From the NCBI GenBank assembly GCA_963764725.1, contig CAVXTM010000018.1:32001-96000 (forward strand): DNA of 64,000 nucleotides. Reading direction: 5' to 3'. Origin of the DNA: an uncultured Gammaproteobacteria bacterium. Its GTDB lineage: Bacteria; Pseudomonadota; Gammaproteobacteria; JACCXJ01. Under the pieces are notes generated by a model. The model was not told where the DNA came from, did not search any database, and was given only the letters and a program-made list of their open reading frames with translations. Below are positions 21,760 through 31,452 of this stretch, piece after piece. The position numbers were made by a program, and so were the translations under genes. Each line of letters opens with the position of its first letter. Positions within the stretch are counted from its first letter, which is position 1.

Positions 21760-22181
21760 CTTAGCTAATTGACTTTCGGTCTAGATTTTGGTCGCTCCTA
21801 ACCTGCTACTTGACCGTGGCTAGCAACCGAAAAGTGGCCTGATACCGGTCTTCGTGTCCTACGGTGCCTTCTCTCACAATCCCTTTTACCTATGTGCCGG
21901 AGCTCGTTCGGCCCGGAACAGCGTTCCTCTGAACGCACTGATCACACACGTACACGGCCGGCGAAATTTGCCAGCAAAGAAAAATTTTTGTAGGTTCTCT
22001 TGCTTCAGGTTCCGCCCCACTCTCCATCCATGTTCGTGGACTGCAAACCAAGACCGCCGCCGGAAGCTTTTCGCGAATCTGAAACGCAATGTACGTGTGT
22101 AAGGAGTGAAGCGGTGGTTAGCGTGGATTGCCGACCACCGCTGAAATCACTGGGCTGACATCCTCATGTCGGAGGTGTGCG

Positions 22182-22452
22182 ATGAACAAATGCCGCTCAG
22201 CGCTTCAAGCGCTGACACGCAAGACTCTCGCGGAGGAGAACCGCCACTATACGGGCCGCGGTGGGATCAGCGAGGAAACTCGCGGTCTCGGCTTCCTCCC
22301 CGCCTATCGCGAGCGCAACGGGTAACATCCATCTATCGCGCTTCGCCGATGGGCGCCGGGCTCCGATCCACTTGTTCGACGGACTGCCAGAGCAACTGGT
22401 CTTGAGGCGGGAGGTCTCCGGCAAGGTCGTTGCCCTCAAGGACTCGGTGTGA
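22182..22452 (+). pseudogene. Conserved hypothetical protein, frameshifted and 3'-truncated
   Basis: GGAGG RBS; EENRHYTGRGGIS..GFLPAYR continues in another frame as HLSRFADGRRAPIHLFDGLP. Cut at the repeat starting 22459. Confidence 0.55.
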
Positions 22453-22458
22453 ACTACG

Positions 22459-22806
22459 AAAAAGGGACGGATTTATTTTTTAGCCCTTCGGGGACGTCCT
22501 CTGCCCCGGTGCTCGACGCGAATGCTCAGTTTTCGCTCAATCTCGTCTGCAAAACACTGTGTGCCGGTTGTCCACAGCTTAACGCGGAAGGCATTCTTGA
22601 GCCCAAGGAGGTTTGCCAAGTAGCATTGAAAGTCTTCCTCGATGGCGAAAACCACCTGCCGGTTGTGATCCCGCTGAGAGACGTGATGAGCGACTCCGGG
22701 TATAATAATCTTTAGCCTTCTCTTGGCATGGCTTGTTCCTCCTGAACACTGACCGCGGAATCAGTATTGCCGGAGCCTTTGCGGGAAATACATCCGTCCC
22801 CTTTTT
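22459..22806 (-). mobile_element. Internally deleted RAYT-like transposase remnant with inverted terminal motifs
   Basis: AAAAAGGGACGGATTTATTT / AAATACATCCGTCCCCTTTTT flank IIIPGVAHHVSQRDHNRQVVF joined to the C-terminal RGRGRPRR. Confidence 0.7.
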
Positions 22807-22899
22807 CTGTCTAGGACTTCCGGTTCGTGACTGAATCTCAAGAATCACCATGCCGGGGCCAATTCGCGGCCGTGTCTCGCTGACAGATAGATAGATCAA

Positions 22900-22983
22900 G
22901 TGAAACTTGGTCGCTGGGTGAAAGCTACGGAATCAGCGTATCCCTGGGAACGGGAAGCGCTTGGCTATCTTCGGCAGCATTTG
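22900..22983 (+). pseudogene. Possible 5' scrap of BREX-2 pglW
   Basis: (V)KLGRWVKATESAYPWEREALGYLRQHL resembles the PglW N-terminus as I recall it; not searched. Confidence 0.45.
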
Positions 22984-22993
22984 CGAGGGTCGA

Positions 22994-23191
22994 ATGAAAT
23001 TCAATGAGCTGGTAAGGCTGCTGGAGAATAATGGTTTCGAGATTGTGAAAGAGAAAGGTTCAATCAGGTATTACGCCAAGCCCGGATGGAATAACGTAAT
23101 CCGGGTGGACTATCACGGGAACAAGGAGGTCCCCACCGGTACCTGTCGCGCCATTCTGAAAGCGGCAGCGATAAACACACGAAAAGGGTGA
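22994..23191 (+). CDS. hicA: HicA-family toxin
   Basis: LVRLLENNGF...KGS...HGNKEVPTGTCRAILKAA. Confidence 0.85.
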   Translation: MKFNELVRLLENNGFEIVKEKGSIRYYAKPGWNNVIRVDYHGNKEVPTGTCRAILKAAAINTRKG

Positions 23192-23436
23192 CCGCGATGA
23201 TCGACTTGCCTTACGGACTCGTAATCGAGGCGACTGAAGAACCGGACTATTTTGGCTTCTACTCGCCCGAATTGGAAGGTTTTACCGGGGTGGGGCACTC
23301 CGTTGAGGATTGCCTGTACAAGGCTAAATGGGGCATGAAAGAACATGTGGCTTTGTTGAAGGACCGGGGACTCCCCATGCCACCGCCCAATCCCGACCCC
23401 ACGATCACGATCCAGAACGAGCGCAGGGCGGCGTAG
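23188..23436 (+). CDS. hicB: HicB-family antitoxin
   Basis: YSPELEGFTGVGHSVEDC...GLPMP; coupled to hicA through GTGA. Confidence 0.85.
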   Translation: MTAMIDLPYGLVIEATEEPDYFGFYSPELEGFTGVGHSVEDCLYKAKWGMKEHVALLKDRGLPMPPPNPDPTITIQNERRAA

Positions 23437-23528
23437 TGGCTAGATCGGCACGTTGAACCTCGGCACTAGCTAGATCACGCGGAAGCTCCGCGTTTTTATG
23501 TGCGTTCCGGGCACAGCTTAAGGATTGG

Positions 23529-23594
23529 TTGATCGAAAGCGGACTTCTCGAAGACCTCAAGCGCGTTCTAAAACGCCTGGAGGACGACCTGCGG
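23529..23594 (+). pseudogene. Possible 5' scrap of BREX-2 pglX
   Basis: AAGGA RBS, then (L)IESGLLEDLKRVLKRLEDDLR, resembling the BREX-2 PglX N-terminus as I recall it; not searched. Confidence 0.4.
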
Positions 23595-23622
23595 AGTGCC
23601 TTGCTCGTCCATTTCAACTCCA

Positions 23623-23883
23623 TCAACGCGGTACGGGCAAGGGCTTGTTGGCATCGAGACTATCCGCCCAAGCTTGCACGGCCTGATGATCGATGACGCG
23701 GCCAGCATCGACCTCCGTTAAGGCCTCGAGTGTAAGGCGCCGGCGTTCTTCCTCTTGGTCAATCCAGGCTGTCAGCGCCTGCTTCACGATCCAACCACGC
23801 GATCGTTCGAGGCGAGCAGCTAGCTGATCCACCTTTTCCGCAAGAGCCAGCGGCACGTGTGCAGTCAAAACCTTGTTCGTCAC
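23623..23883 (-). CDS. CopG/RHH antitoxin; its coupled RelE/ParE toxin (MELKWTSKAL, 23595-23626) is truncated
   Basis: TAHVPLALAEKVDQLAARLERSRGWIVKQAL...VQAWADSL. Confidence 0.8.
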   Translation of the reverse strand: MTNKVLTAHVPLALAEKVDQLAARLERSRGWIVKQALTAWIDQEEERRRLTLEALTEVDAGRVIDHQAVQAWADSLDANKPLPVPR

Positions 23884-24033
23884 AGGGACCCTCTTGGACA
23901 GTGAAGAAATTTCAATCGTAGTGATTAACAATGAATTAGTGCAAGAGGCTATTGCCAAATTGTGTGATACCCCAACTCGATACTACTCCGTCGATCAAGT
24001 TTGGTCGTTTTGTGGATTGGCGCCAGCCTATCG

Positions 24034-24104
24034 AGGAAGTCCGGATGCGGAAAACCGCTCGTACGGTGTGCGCGGCGAAAGGGGCCAGCAGGAGCTATCC
24101 CGGA
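24034..24104 (+). ncRNA. Degenerate group II intron 3' end (domains V-VI)
   Basis: GTCCGGATGCGGAAAACCGCTCGTACGG resembles domain V; ends CTATCCCGGAT. Confidence 0.45.
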
Positions 24105-24131
24105 TTTTGTGGCCTGGCCCCCTTCCGGCGC

Positions 24132-24580
24132 CCTCATGACAGCCGCGTTTCACATTGGTTCCTGCGGATCCGGGGTCATCGCAGTGTCCAGCTGGGGCGC
24201 CGAGGCGTCGTCTGGCATCGCGGCAGGGTAGGTCTCAGCTAAGGGGGGCGGGGGTACAGGACCTTGCTGCACCGGATAAACATTCAATGGCTGCTCAGCC
24301 TGGCGGCTGAAGCATTGCGCCTCTAAGGAGCTACACGGCGGTTGAAATTTGCCGAAGGGGACTAAAAAAAATCAGCGCTCAAGTGGCGCCTTGTCTCCGG
24401 CCTGCAAAGCCAGCGCTAGGGCCGGACGACGTTATCGGCGAATCCGCCAACTGCTTGGTTAGTGCAGAAGCTTGTAAAGGAGGCAAGAAATTGGCCGTAT
24501 GACACAGGTCGGCGACGATCGGTAGATGGTGAAGTGTTGTAGGGTGCGAGGGACGCGCGATTTGGTGCGTCCAACGTCCA
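24132..24580. repeat. Diverged direct duplicate of 15940-16121 joined to a duplicate of 16690-16950
   Basis: Shared strings such as GACAGCCGCGTTTCACATTG, ACCTTGCTGCACCGGATAAAC and CCGCCAACTGCTTGGTTAGTGCAGAAGCTTG. Confidence 0.85.
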
Positions 24581-24799
24581 ACGCGAAGAAAATTTCCAAA
24601 CTTCAGAAAAAGGGGGCGCAAGGCGCCCCCTTGAATTCGAGACCAATACCCAAAACCTTGCTTAGGTCCGGTTTCTGATCAACCAATCGCACGATACGTA
24701 CACGACCGATCAATAGCCTGACTTTCGAAAGTCAGCATAGATAACATCATCATCGATCCCAACCTTATTGGCTGTTGAATCAAAAAGCCAGCCCCCGAA

Positions 24800-25642
24800 C
24801 CGCGATCGCGGCAATTCCGATATCGTCGAGGAACCCTTCGATGCCATCGACATTACGAGCGAAACTCAGACCTACGGGGTGAGCTTAAGCCACCCTTTTT
24901 ATCGCACCCCGAGGCGCCAGTTGCTCGCCGAGCTGGTATTCGAACGAAGACGCAGCGAGACGTTTCTCCTCGGCGAGCCCTTTCCCTTTTCGCCTGGAAC
25001 TGACGACGGTAAAAGCGACGTCACGGTGCTGCGCTTGCGGCAGGAATGGGTAGACCGCAGCCCCACCCATGTGCTCGCATTACGATCCACCCTAAGCTTC
25101 GGTCTCGATGCCCTAGGCGCTACCGAGAATCCGGGGATCTCCCGGACGGCAAGTTCTTCGCCTGGCTCGGCCAGGTACAGTGGGTGCGACGGCTTTGGGA
25201 TACCGATAACCAGGTACTCGTTCGGAGTGAGCTGCAGTGGGCGGCCGATCCGCTGCTGCCCTTGGAGCAGCTCGGTGTCGGAGGTGCGAGTACGGTGCGG
25301 GGCTATCGCGAGAACCTGCTGGTGCGGGATCGGGGTTTTGTGGGCTCGATCGAGTTTCGCTTTCCTGTATTCCGGCTGCCGCTGCCTTTCATCACCCAGG
25401 AACCCGAGGACGGCCAAGTGCAATTGGCGACGTTTTATGACTTCGGATGGAGCGAGAATGTGGAAGAACCTTCGCCTGACCCCAGGACCATCTCGAGCGC
25501 GGGGCTGGGCGTGCGCTGGGATCCGCACCCGAAGATCCACGGCGAGCTCTATTGGGGGTTTGCGTTCCGCAAGGTCAACACGGAAGAAAAGGGGCTGCAG
25601 GATCACGGGATCCACTTTGCCCTGGATGTGGCCTTGTTCTAG
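24800..25642 (+). pseudogene. ShlB/FhaC (TpsB) outer-membrane transporter, C-terminal half, frameshifted
   Basis: GGASTVRGYREN (VRGY motif), ISSAGLGVRW and terminal F. POTRA region absent; frame change near 25135. Confidence 0.8.
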
Positions 25643-25674
25643 CGAAACATTGGCCCAGCTTCCGCTGCGCGCAG

Positions 25675-28600
25675 TCAGGGCTTCGCGCTCGGTTTCGTTG
25701 CGTCCTGCGGCGCTGGCGTGCCCTCGATGCGTTCCACCACGGGCGCATTCCATGAACCGGTGAGCTTATAACGCCGCTGCCACATCTGGTTGATGCGCTC
25801 GGGGATTTCGGTAAAGACCTGCTCGGCCAGGAAGACCGCCGCACCCGCGCCGAGTCCGACCGGGCCGAAAAAGGCGCCGACCGCGGGAAGGCTGCCGGCC
25901 AAGGCCGGGGTCACCGTCACCACCTGATCGTAATCCCGGGTTGCGAGCCCCGTACGGCCGGCGACCTCGACACGCCCCGAAGGGCCTTGCATCACTAGAC
26001 CGTCCGTATAGGCGTTCCCGCTCGCAATTATGAACTTACCTTGGATCTCGTCATAGGCGAATCCGGTCCTAAAGAGATCGACTAGATTGAGCTGCAATAA
26101 GCGCCGGATCGCATGCGGGCTCACGAGCCCAAAGATACGGCCGACGCCTTGATCGACATCGAGCAACCTACCGTCGCTTATGTCTAGATCGAGTGTCCCG
26201 TCGAGCCGGCTCAACTGAAAATCCGCCGGATCGCCCGGCCAGCGCGCGTGGATATCGAACGCGGTGGCGCCTCCTTCGAGTGCGACGGCGTGATACCCGA
26301 AGGTCTTGAGCAGCTTGCTCAGATCGGGCGCCCGGACTTTGATATCGAAACGCGAACCGCGCCCGCTGTCTCCGGTCTGCCAACTACCCGCCGCATCGAT
26401 GCTGAAGTCGGGCCGCGCGAAGGATACCTTCGGGAGACTCAAGCCCGCGAGGCCGGGGCGGGCCCGCACCCGCAGGGCGCCCAGTGCGCTCGTGCCATAA
26501 GAGAAGTCCTCGCACCTGATTGAGATCGCGGGCAGGCGGCGCGGGTCAATCTCTCCGGGATCCCGCAGGCGCGCGCCCGGAATGAGCTTGAGGCGAGTGA
26601 AGCTGGCATCGAGCAGTCCCCCTGGGTGAGCGCCCGGTAAGCGGATCGATCCGCGCGCATCCGGTCCATCCGTGTCGATGCGCCAACGGCGGTTTTCCTG
26701 CTTTGCCCGCAGGCGCAAGTCTTTAAAGACGAAGCCGAGTCCTTCCAGCTTCGCGACCGATACGTCGATACTCAGATCCTCCGGGATCCGAAAGGCTGCC
26801 GATCGACCAGCACCCCATCGCCGCGAAAAGCCCTGCCATTCGGTCAGTGATAATTGCTCTAACTGTCCCCCGATCCAGTAGTCAACCCCCGCTATGGGGG
26901 CTCGCTCGCCGGGGCCAAAATAAATCCAAGCGCCGGCAATCGGCTGGGCGCCGGTTCGCAGCGCCAACCGCGCCCGCATTCGCTCACCGTAACCGACGGC
27001 GATTTCTCTGGTCCCGGCAGCACGCAGTGACGCGGTTAGCGTGACCGGCGCCGCCGTTTCCGCGGCTTTCCCGAAGGGCGCCGGAAGACTAATGCGCATG
27101 CCGGTCAACGGCGAGCGGACCTGCAATTCCGCCGGCCGCGCCGATTCCGGTAGTCTCAGCGTGGCCTCCCAGCTGGTCTCCCCGGCGGTTACCCGAAACC
27201 GGCCGCGGCTAAAATAATCATGATATTTGGACGGCAATACGATACGCAGATGCTGCTCGATGTACGGCCAGTCCGCGCGCCCGCGGGCTTTCACCCAGCC
27301 GCCTCGTTCTCGGGCGCCGCCCTTGGTCTCGATCAGGATGGCGCGCTCGAAAAGCCGTGCTCGAAGTCCCTCGCTCGACCAAGCGCCACCCGCAAAGCGC
27401 AGCGTGCCCCGGAGATCCGTGAGGGAGTACGGGCCGCTCTTGAGCGTGTTCCCGGGAAAGGTCAAGGCCCCGCCAACCGTGGCCTTTTGCGGATAGAGCG
27501 GGATGTCCATGTCGAGGTCCAGCCGCGCCTCGCCCCCGATTTCGAGGGGCGCAATCCGCTGACCGGCTCCGGACTGCAAGGGGCTATTCGATACGAAGCG
27601 CTGCATATCGCTCGCGCTGCCGCTCGCTCGGCCGCGCACGATCACATGGCGTTGGCTGACCCCCAGGTCTGGAATGCTGGCGCTGACATCGCCTAAGCGC
27701 ACACCGTAGGTAGTGGCTGCGGGCGCGGCCACCCGCAGCTCCCGCCCATCCAACGTGACTTGCGCGTCGATACCCTCGATACGAGGCCAGTGCTTGGAAT
27801 ATTCCAGTACACCCCCGGTTAAGTTGATCTCCACCGCAAAGCGGCCCTCGTCCCGATCGAACGGGAACCGATCCAGCGGGCCCCTTAACACGACGGCGCC
27901 CGATCCGATCGTACCGCCCTGCAACGCCTGGCTTAGCCACTCCCGGCCCTTGGACGGAAGATCGCTAGGGAGATACTTCGCCAAATCACTGATGCGTCCC
28001 TTGTCGATCCCGGCCCACAGCCCGGCATCGGCCGCGCGCCCCTCCCGCATGACCAGATTTCCCATGATCTGTAATCGGAGATCGGGGTTCTCGACCTCGA
28101 GACCGGGCGTGTAAATGCGCCAACCGTCCGCGAGCGCACGCCACCCGACCTCACCGCTCGTACGCTCGAGGCGAAGGGGGGCCTTGAAGTGAGGCACTGC
28201 GTCGATTTGCAACGGGCCGCCGGAGAGGCGTAACCGGCCCTGCTCGGCATCCGTTTCCAACACCCCCGAAAGGCGCTCCACACCGGGGATCGCCGGGCTT
28301 CTTTGCACGGAGACGGAATCCAGGCCCGTCTTGAGATAGAAGCGCGCGGCCCCGGAGCGATCAGGATGATAAGCGAGCTCGACCTCGCGCAGCAGGCCGC
28401 GGGGCCGGAGTCGTCCGAGCAGCGTTTTGCTTTCCTCGGGCAAGGACTCGGACAGGATCAATACGCGCGAGAGATCCGTAAGTTCGATGTGGCTGGCGTA
28501 AGCGATCAATCGCCGCACTCCGTGCGGGTCGGGGGGCGCCAAAGCCAATCCGAAGCGCGCCTCCGGCCAGGACCCGTCCGGAGTGGCGATCGCGACGCGA

Positions 28601-29541
28601 TCGGCGCCCATGCGCCAACCACCACCGGGGCTAGCACGGGCGAGGAAGCGTCCGCTGGTCGCTAACATCTCAAACCGGTTCTCACCCGCGCCCACGGCGA
28701 AGCCCCCGGTCTTGAACTCACCCGCGATCTCGGTCACCTGGCCCTTGCGCCAAACACCCCAAGTGCGTAGCTTCAACGCTCCCCCGCCCTGCCGGACGCG
28801 GATCGATGATAGATAGTGGCGCAACAACGCGGGGCCGATATCCTCGGCCTCGGCATAGAAGTTGGCGTTCCAATCACGATCGAACGGATCACCCGTTCCG
28901 CTCATCGCGATGAGCAGACGCTTGCCGACCTCAGGGGGCGGCCGCAAGGTCAATTTGAGCCCTTGCCGCGCCAGTGCGCCCGTGCTATCCAAGCGCACGT
29001 AGGGCAAGGCCCAGGCGCCGTGCCGCGCTTGGTGATCGTGCCAGCGGATCCGCGTGCCCTCGATGGCGACTTGCGGCTGGCGCAGCAGCCAGCGCAGCAT
29101 GCGCGCGTCCGTGCCGTCGATTCCTTCGATGACGAACTCCCCGTCGCGCGTGCGCGCCACGGTAAACTTGGCCCCGGAGAGCGCGAGCCCCCCCAATTGC
29201 AGTTGCCGCCGCCCGAGGCTCGCCCACACATCGATGCCGATGACCGCGCGCTCAAACTCCATCGCGGGGCGTAAGGTCTCGCCGTTGAGCACGCGAAGCC
29301 CGGTCAACACCAGGCGCGGATCCCACCCGTCCCATACGGCCCGCACGGCCTCGACCGTGACCGGCCGGCCCAGGAATCTACCGAGGTAATCCTCGATTCC
29401 GGTAGGCTGCCCGGCTATCCGCGGTAAAACCATGCGGGCGCCGAGCGCCCCGAGCGAGAGAATAAGCGCGAGCACTGCCAGAGCCGGCAGCGCGCTTAGC
29501 AACGATTGAAGAACGATGCGGCGGAACATTCTTAACCGCAA
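25675..29541 (-). CDS. yhdP: YhdP family (AsmA-like) lipid transport protein
   Basis: 1288 aa with an N-terminal TM anchor and C-terminal YKLTGSWNAP; directly downstream of rng. Confidence 0.9.
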   Translation of the reverse strand: MRLRMFRRIVLQSLLSALPALAVLALILSLGALGARMVLPRIAGQPTGIEDYLGRFLGRPVTVEAVRAVWDGWDPRLVLTGLRVLNGETLRPAMEFERAVIGIDVWASLGRRQLQLGGLALSGAKFTVARTRDGEFVIEGIDGTDARMLRWLLRQPQVAIEGTRIRWHDHQARHGAWALPYVRLDSTGALARQGLKLTLRPPPEVGKRLLIAMSGTGDPFDRDWNANFYAEAEDIGPALLRHYLSSIRVRQGGGALKLRTWGVWRKGQVTEIAGEFKTGGFAVGAGENRFEMLATSGRFLARASPGGGWRMGADRVAIATPDGSWPEARFGLALAPPDPHGVRRLIAYASHIELTDLSRVLILSESLPEESKTLLGRLRPRGLLREVELAYHPDRSGAARFYLKTGLDSVSVQRSPAIPGVERLSGVLETDAEQGRLRLSGGPLQIDAVPHFKAPLRLERTSGEVGWRALADGWRIYTPGLEVENPDLRLQIMGNLVMREGRAADAGLWAGIDKGRISDLAKYLPSDLPSKGREWLSQALQGGTIGSGAVVLRGPLDRFPFDRDEGRFAVEINLTGGVLEYSKHWPRIEGIDAQVTLDGRELRVAAPAATTYGVRLGDVSASIPDLGVSQRHVIVRGRASGSASDMQRFVSNSPLQSGAGQRIAPLEIGGEARLDLDMDIPLYPQKATVGGALTFPGNTLKSGPYSLTDLRGTLRFAGGAWSSEGLRARLFERAILIETKGGARERGGWVKARGRADWPYIEQHLRIVLPSKYHDYFSRGRFRVTAGETSWEATLRLPESARPAELQVRSPLTGMRISLPAPFGKAAETAAPVTLTASLRAAGTREIAVGYGERMRARLALRTGAQPIAGAWIYFGPGERAPIAGVDYWIGGQLEQLSLTEWQGFSRRWGAGRSAAFRIPEDLSIDVSVAKLEGLGFVFKDLRLRAKQENRRWRIDTDGPDARGSIRLPGAHPGGLLDASFTRLKLIPGARLRDPGEIDPRRLPAISIRCEDFSYGTSALGALRVRARPGLAGLSLPKVSFARPDFSIDAAGSWQTGDSGRGSRFDIKVRAPDLSKLLKTFGYHAVALEGGATAFDIHARWPGDPADFQLSRLDGTLDLDISDGRLLDVDQGVGRIFGLVSPHAIRRLLQLNLVDLFRTGFAYDEIQGKFIIASGNAYTDGLVMQGPSGRVEVAGRTGLATRDYDQVVTVTPALAGSLPAVGAFFGPVGLGAGAAVFLAEQVFTEIPERINQMWQRRYKLTGSWNAPVVERIEGTPAPQDATKPSAKP

Positions 29542-29601
29542 GAAAAAATTCCCGTCAATGCGAGCGCCGCCATCCTTAGGGCGAGATAGGGTCGGCCACT
29601 G

Positions 29602-31137
29602 TTATAGCAGGACGACATCGTACTGCTCGGGTCCATACATCCCTTCGGCACGGACCGTGATTGGCCTGCCGATGAATCCCTCGAGCTCGGCCACGCCCGC
29701 CGATTCCTCATCCAATAGCCTATCGGCGACACAAGGAGAGGCAATCACGAGCAGCTTTTTAGCATCGAATTGGCGTACCTCGCGCAGGATCTCGCGCAAG
29801 ATCTCGTAACACACGGTCTCGGCGGTCTTGGTCGAACCGCGCCCCCCGCACGTAGGGCAGGATTCGCACAGCACGTGCTCGAGGCTCTCGCGGGTGCGTT
29901 GGCGCGTGATCTGCACCAGCCCGAGCGAAGTTATTTCGCTCACCGCGACGCGGGCATGATCGCGTTCCAGATTCTTCTCCAGCGCCCGCAGCACTTGACT
30001 CTGATGATCCGCATCCTCCATGTCGATGAAATCCACGATGACGATTCCGCCCAGGTTGCGCAAGCGCAACTGCCGTGCGATCGCCTGCGCGGCTTCGAGG
30101 TTGGTCTTGAAAATGGTCTCTTCGAGGTTGCGATGCCCGACGAAGGCCCCGGTATTAACATCCACCGTGGTCATGGCCTCGGTCTGATCAAACACCAGAT
30201 GGCCGCCGGATTTCAGCTCCACGCGCCGTTCCAAAGCCCGCTGGATCTCGCTTTCGACCGAGTAAAGATCCAGGATCGGCCGCTCGCCGCTATAGTGCTC
30301 GATGCGATCCACGAGATCGGGAATGTACTGGCGCGCAAACTCGCTGACCCGTTCATAGGTCTCGCGCGAATCGATCCGGATCTTTTCAACCTCAAAGGCA
30401 ACCAGACTGCGCACGGTTCGCAACACCAGCGGCAGGTCCTCGTAGATCACGCCGGGCGCTTTGGCTTCGCCTAGCTGCAAAGACAGCGTGGACCAGAGCC
30501 GCTGCAAAAACTCCATGTCCATCTGTAGGCTGTCCTCGGCCACGCCCTCGGCAGCGGTTCGAACGATGTACCCGGAAGGCCCGGGGCACGGCCCGAGATT
30601 GCGTCTCGGCACCGGCGGCTGCGCCGCCGTGGGAGCCTCCACGGCCGCCTTGAGGTCGGCATCGCGATCGAGTATCACCTCGCGAAGCCTGGTCCGCTCA
30701 AGCTCATCGGCAATTTTCTGCGACACGGCGACGGTCGCGCACTTCGGGAGCAACACCAGGTAGCGCGAGGGAATACAAAGCCGCGTGGTGAGCCGTGCGC
30801 CCTTGCCGATTAGCGGATCCTTCGTCACCTGGACCACGATCTCATCGCCCTCCCGCAGGAGCCGGCTGATACCGGTATCGTTGTTCCCCCGCGCGTCGTG
30901 CTCGGGCCCGAAATCGAGGATGTCATGGAGATGTAAAAAAGCGCTGCGTTCGAGACCAATGTCCACGAAGGCTGCCTGCATTCCCGGCAACACCCGGGAA
31001 ACGCGCCCGAGGTAGATGTTGCCGACCAAGCCCCTTTTCTGGCGGCGCTCGATGATGATTTCTTGCAGCACGCCGTTCTCGAGGGCGGCGATGCGCGTCT
31101 CTTGGGGCGTCACATTGACTAGATATTCTTCGGCCAT
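29602..31137 (-). CDS. rng: Ribonuclease G
   Basis: VGNIYLGRVSRVLPGMQAAFVDIG, DVNTG and LRNLGGIVIVDFIDM. Confidence 0.95.
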   Translation of the reverse strand: MAEEYLVNVTPQETRIAALENGVLQEIIIERRQKRGLVGNIYLGRVSRVLPGMQAAFVDIGLERSAFLHLHDILDFGPEHDARGNNDTGISRLLREGDEIVVQVTKDPLIGKGARLTTRLCIPSRYLVLLPKCATVAVSQKIADELERTRLREVILDRDADLKAAVEAPTAAQPPVPRRNLGPCPGPSGYIVRTAAEGVAEDSLQMDMEFLQRLWSTLSLQLGEAKAPGVIYEDLPLVLRTVRSLVAFEVEKIRIDSRETYERVSEFARQYIPDLVDRIEHYSGERPILDLYSVESEIQRALERRVELKSGGHLVFDQTEAMTTVDVNTGAFVGHRNLEETIFKTNLEAAQAIARQLRLRNLGGIVIVDFIDMEDADHQSQVLRALEKNLERDHARVAVSEITSLGLVQITRQRTRESLEHVLCESCPTCGGRGSTKTAETVCYEILREILREVRQFDAKKLLVIASPCVADRLLDEESAGVAELEGFIGRPITVRAEGMYGPEQYDVVLL

Positions 31138-31242
31138 CGCCGGTTTACATCGCTCGGTGGAGGCGGATCGCATTAATCTAAACGAATTCGCTGCGTCTGC
31201 CGAGTCTTGTCGCGCACCCTTGAGTCGCCCGAAGATGCGCTA

Positions 31243-31387
31243 AGGAAATTCTGAATAAGTGTTATGAGCACGCCCATCTGCGCGAAGCCGCGCAGCGAGA
31301 CGCGAGACATATCAAATAGATAGGCGAGCCGCGAGCGAGCGCGCGACAAAGCAGATGGGCGGCGCAGTAGTTTATTCAGAGTTTCCC
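31243..31387. mobile_element. ~145-bp MITE with terminal inverted repeats
   Basis: AGGAAATTCTGAATAA ... TTATTCAGAGTTTCCC, flanked by TA on both sides. Confidence 0.75.
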
Positions 31388-31452
31388 TAACATGCTATAA
31401 ACTGCAAACATACCCTCGTATGATTAATGCCGGAGCGAAACTGCCTGCAACT

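Noticed and set aside
21760-21940. Riboswitch (for example c-di-GMP) in the long leaders of the secreted-protein genes
   Set aside because: I could not match a consensus by eye; an Rfam scan would be needed.
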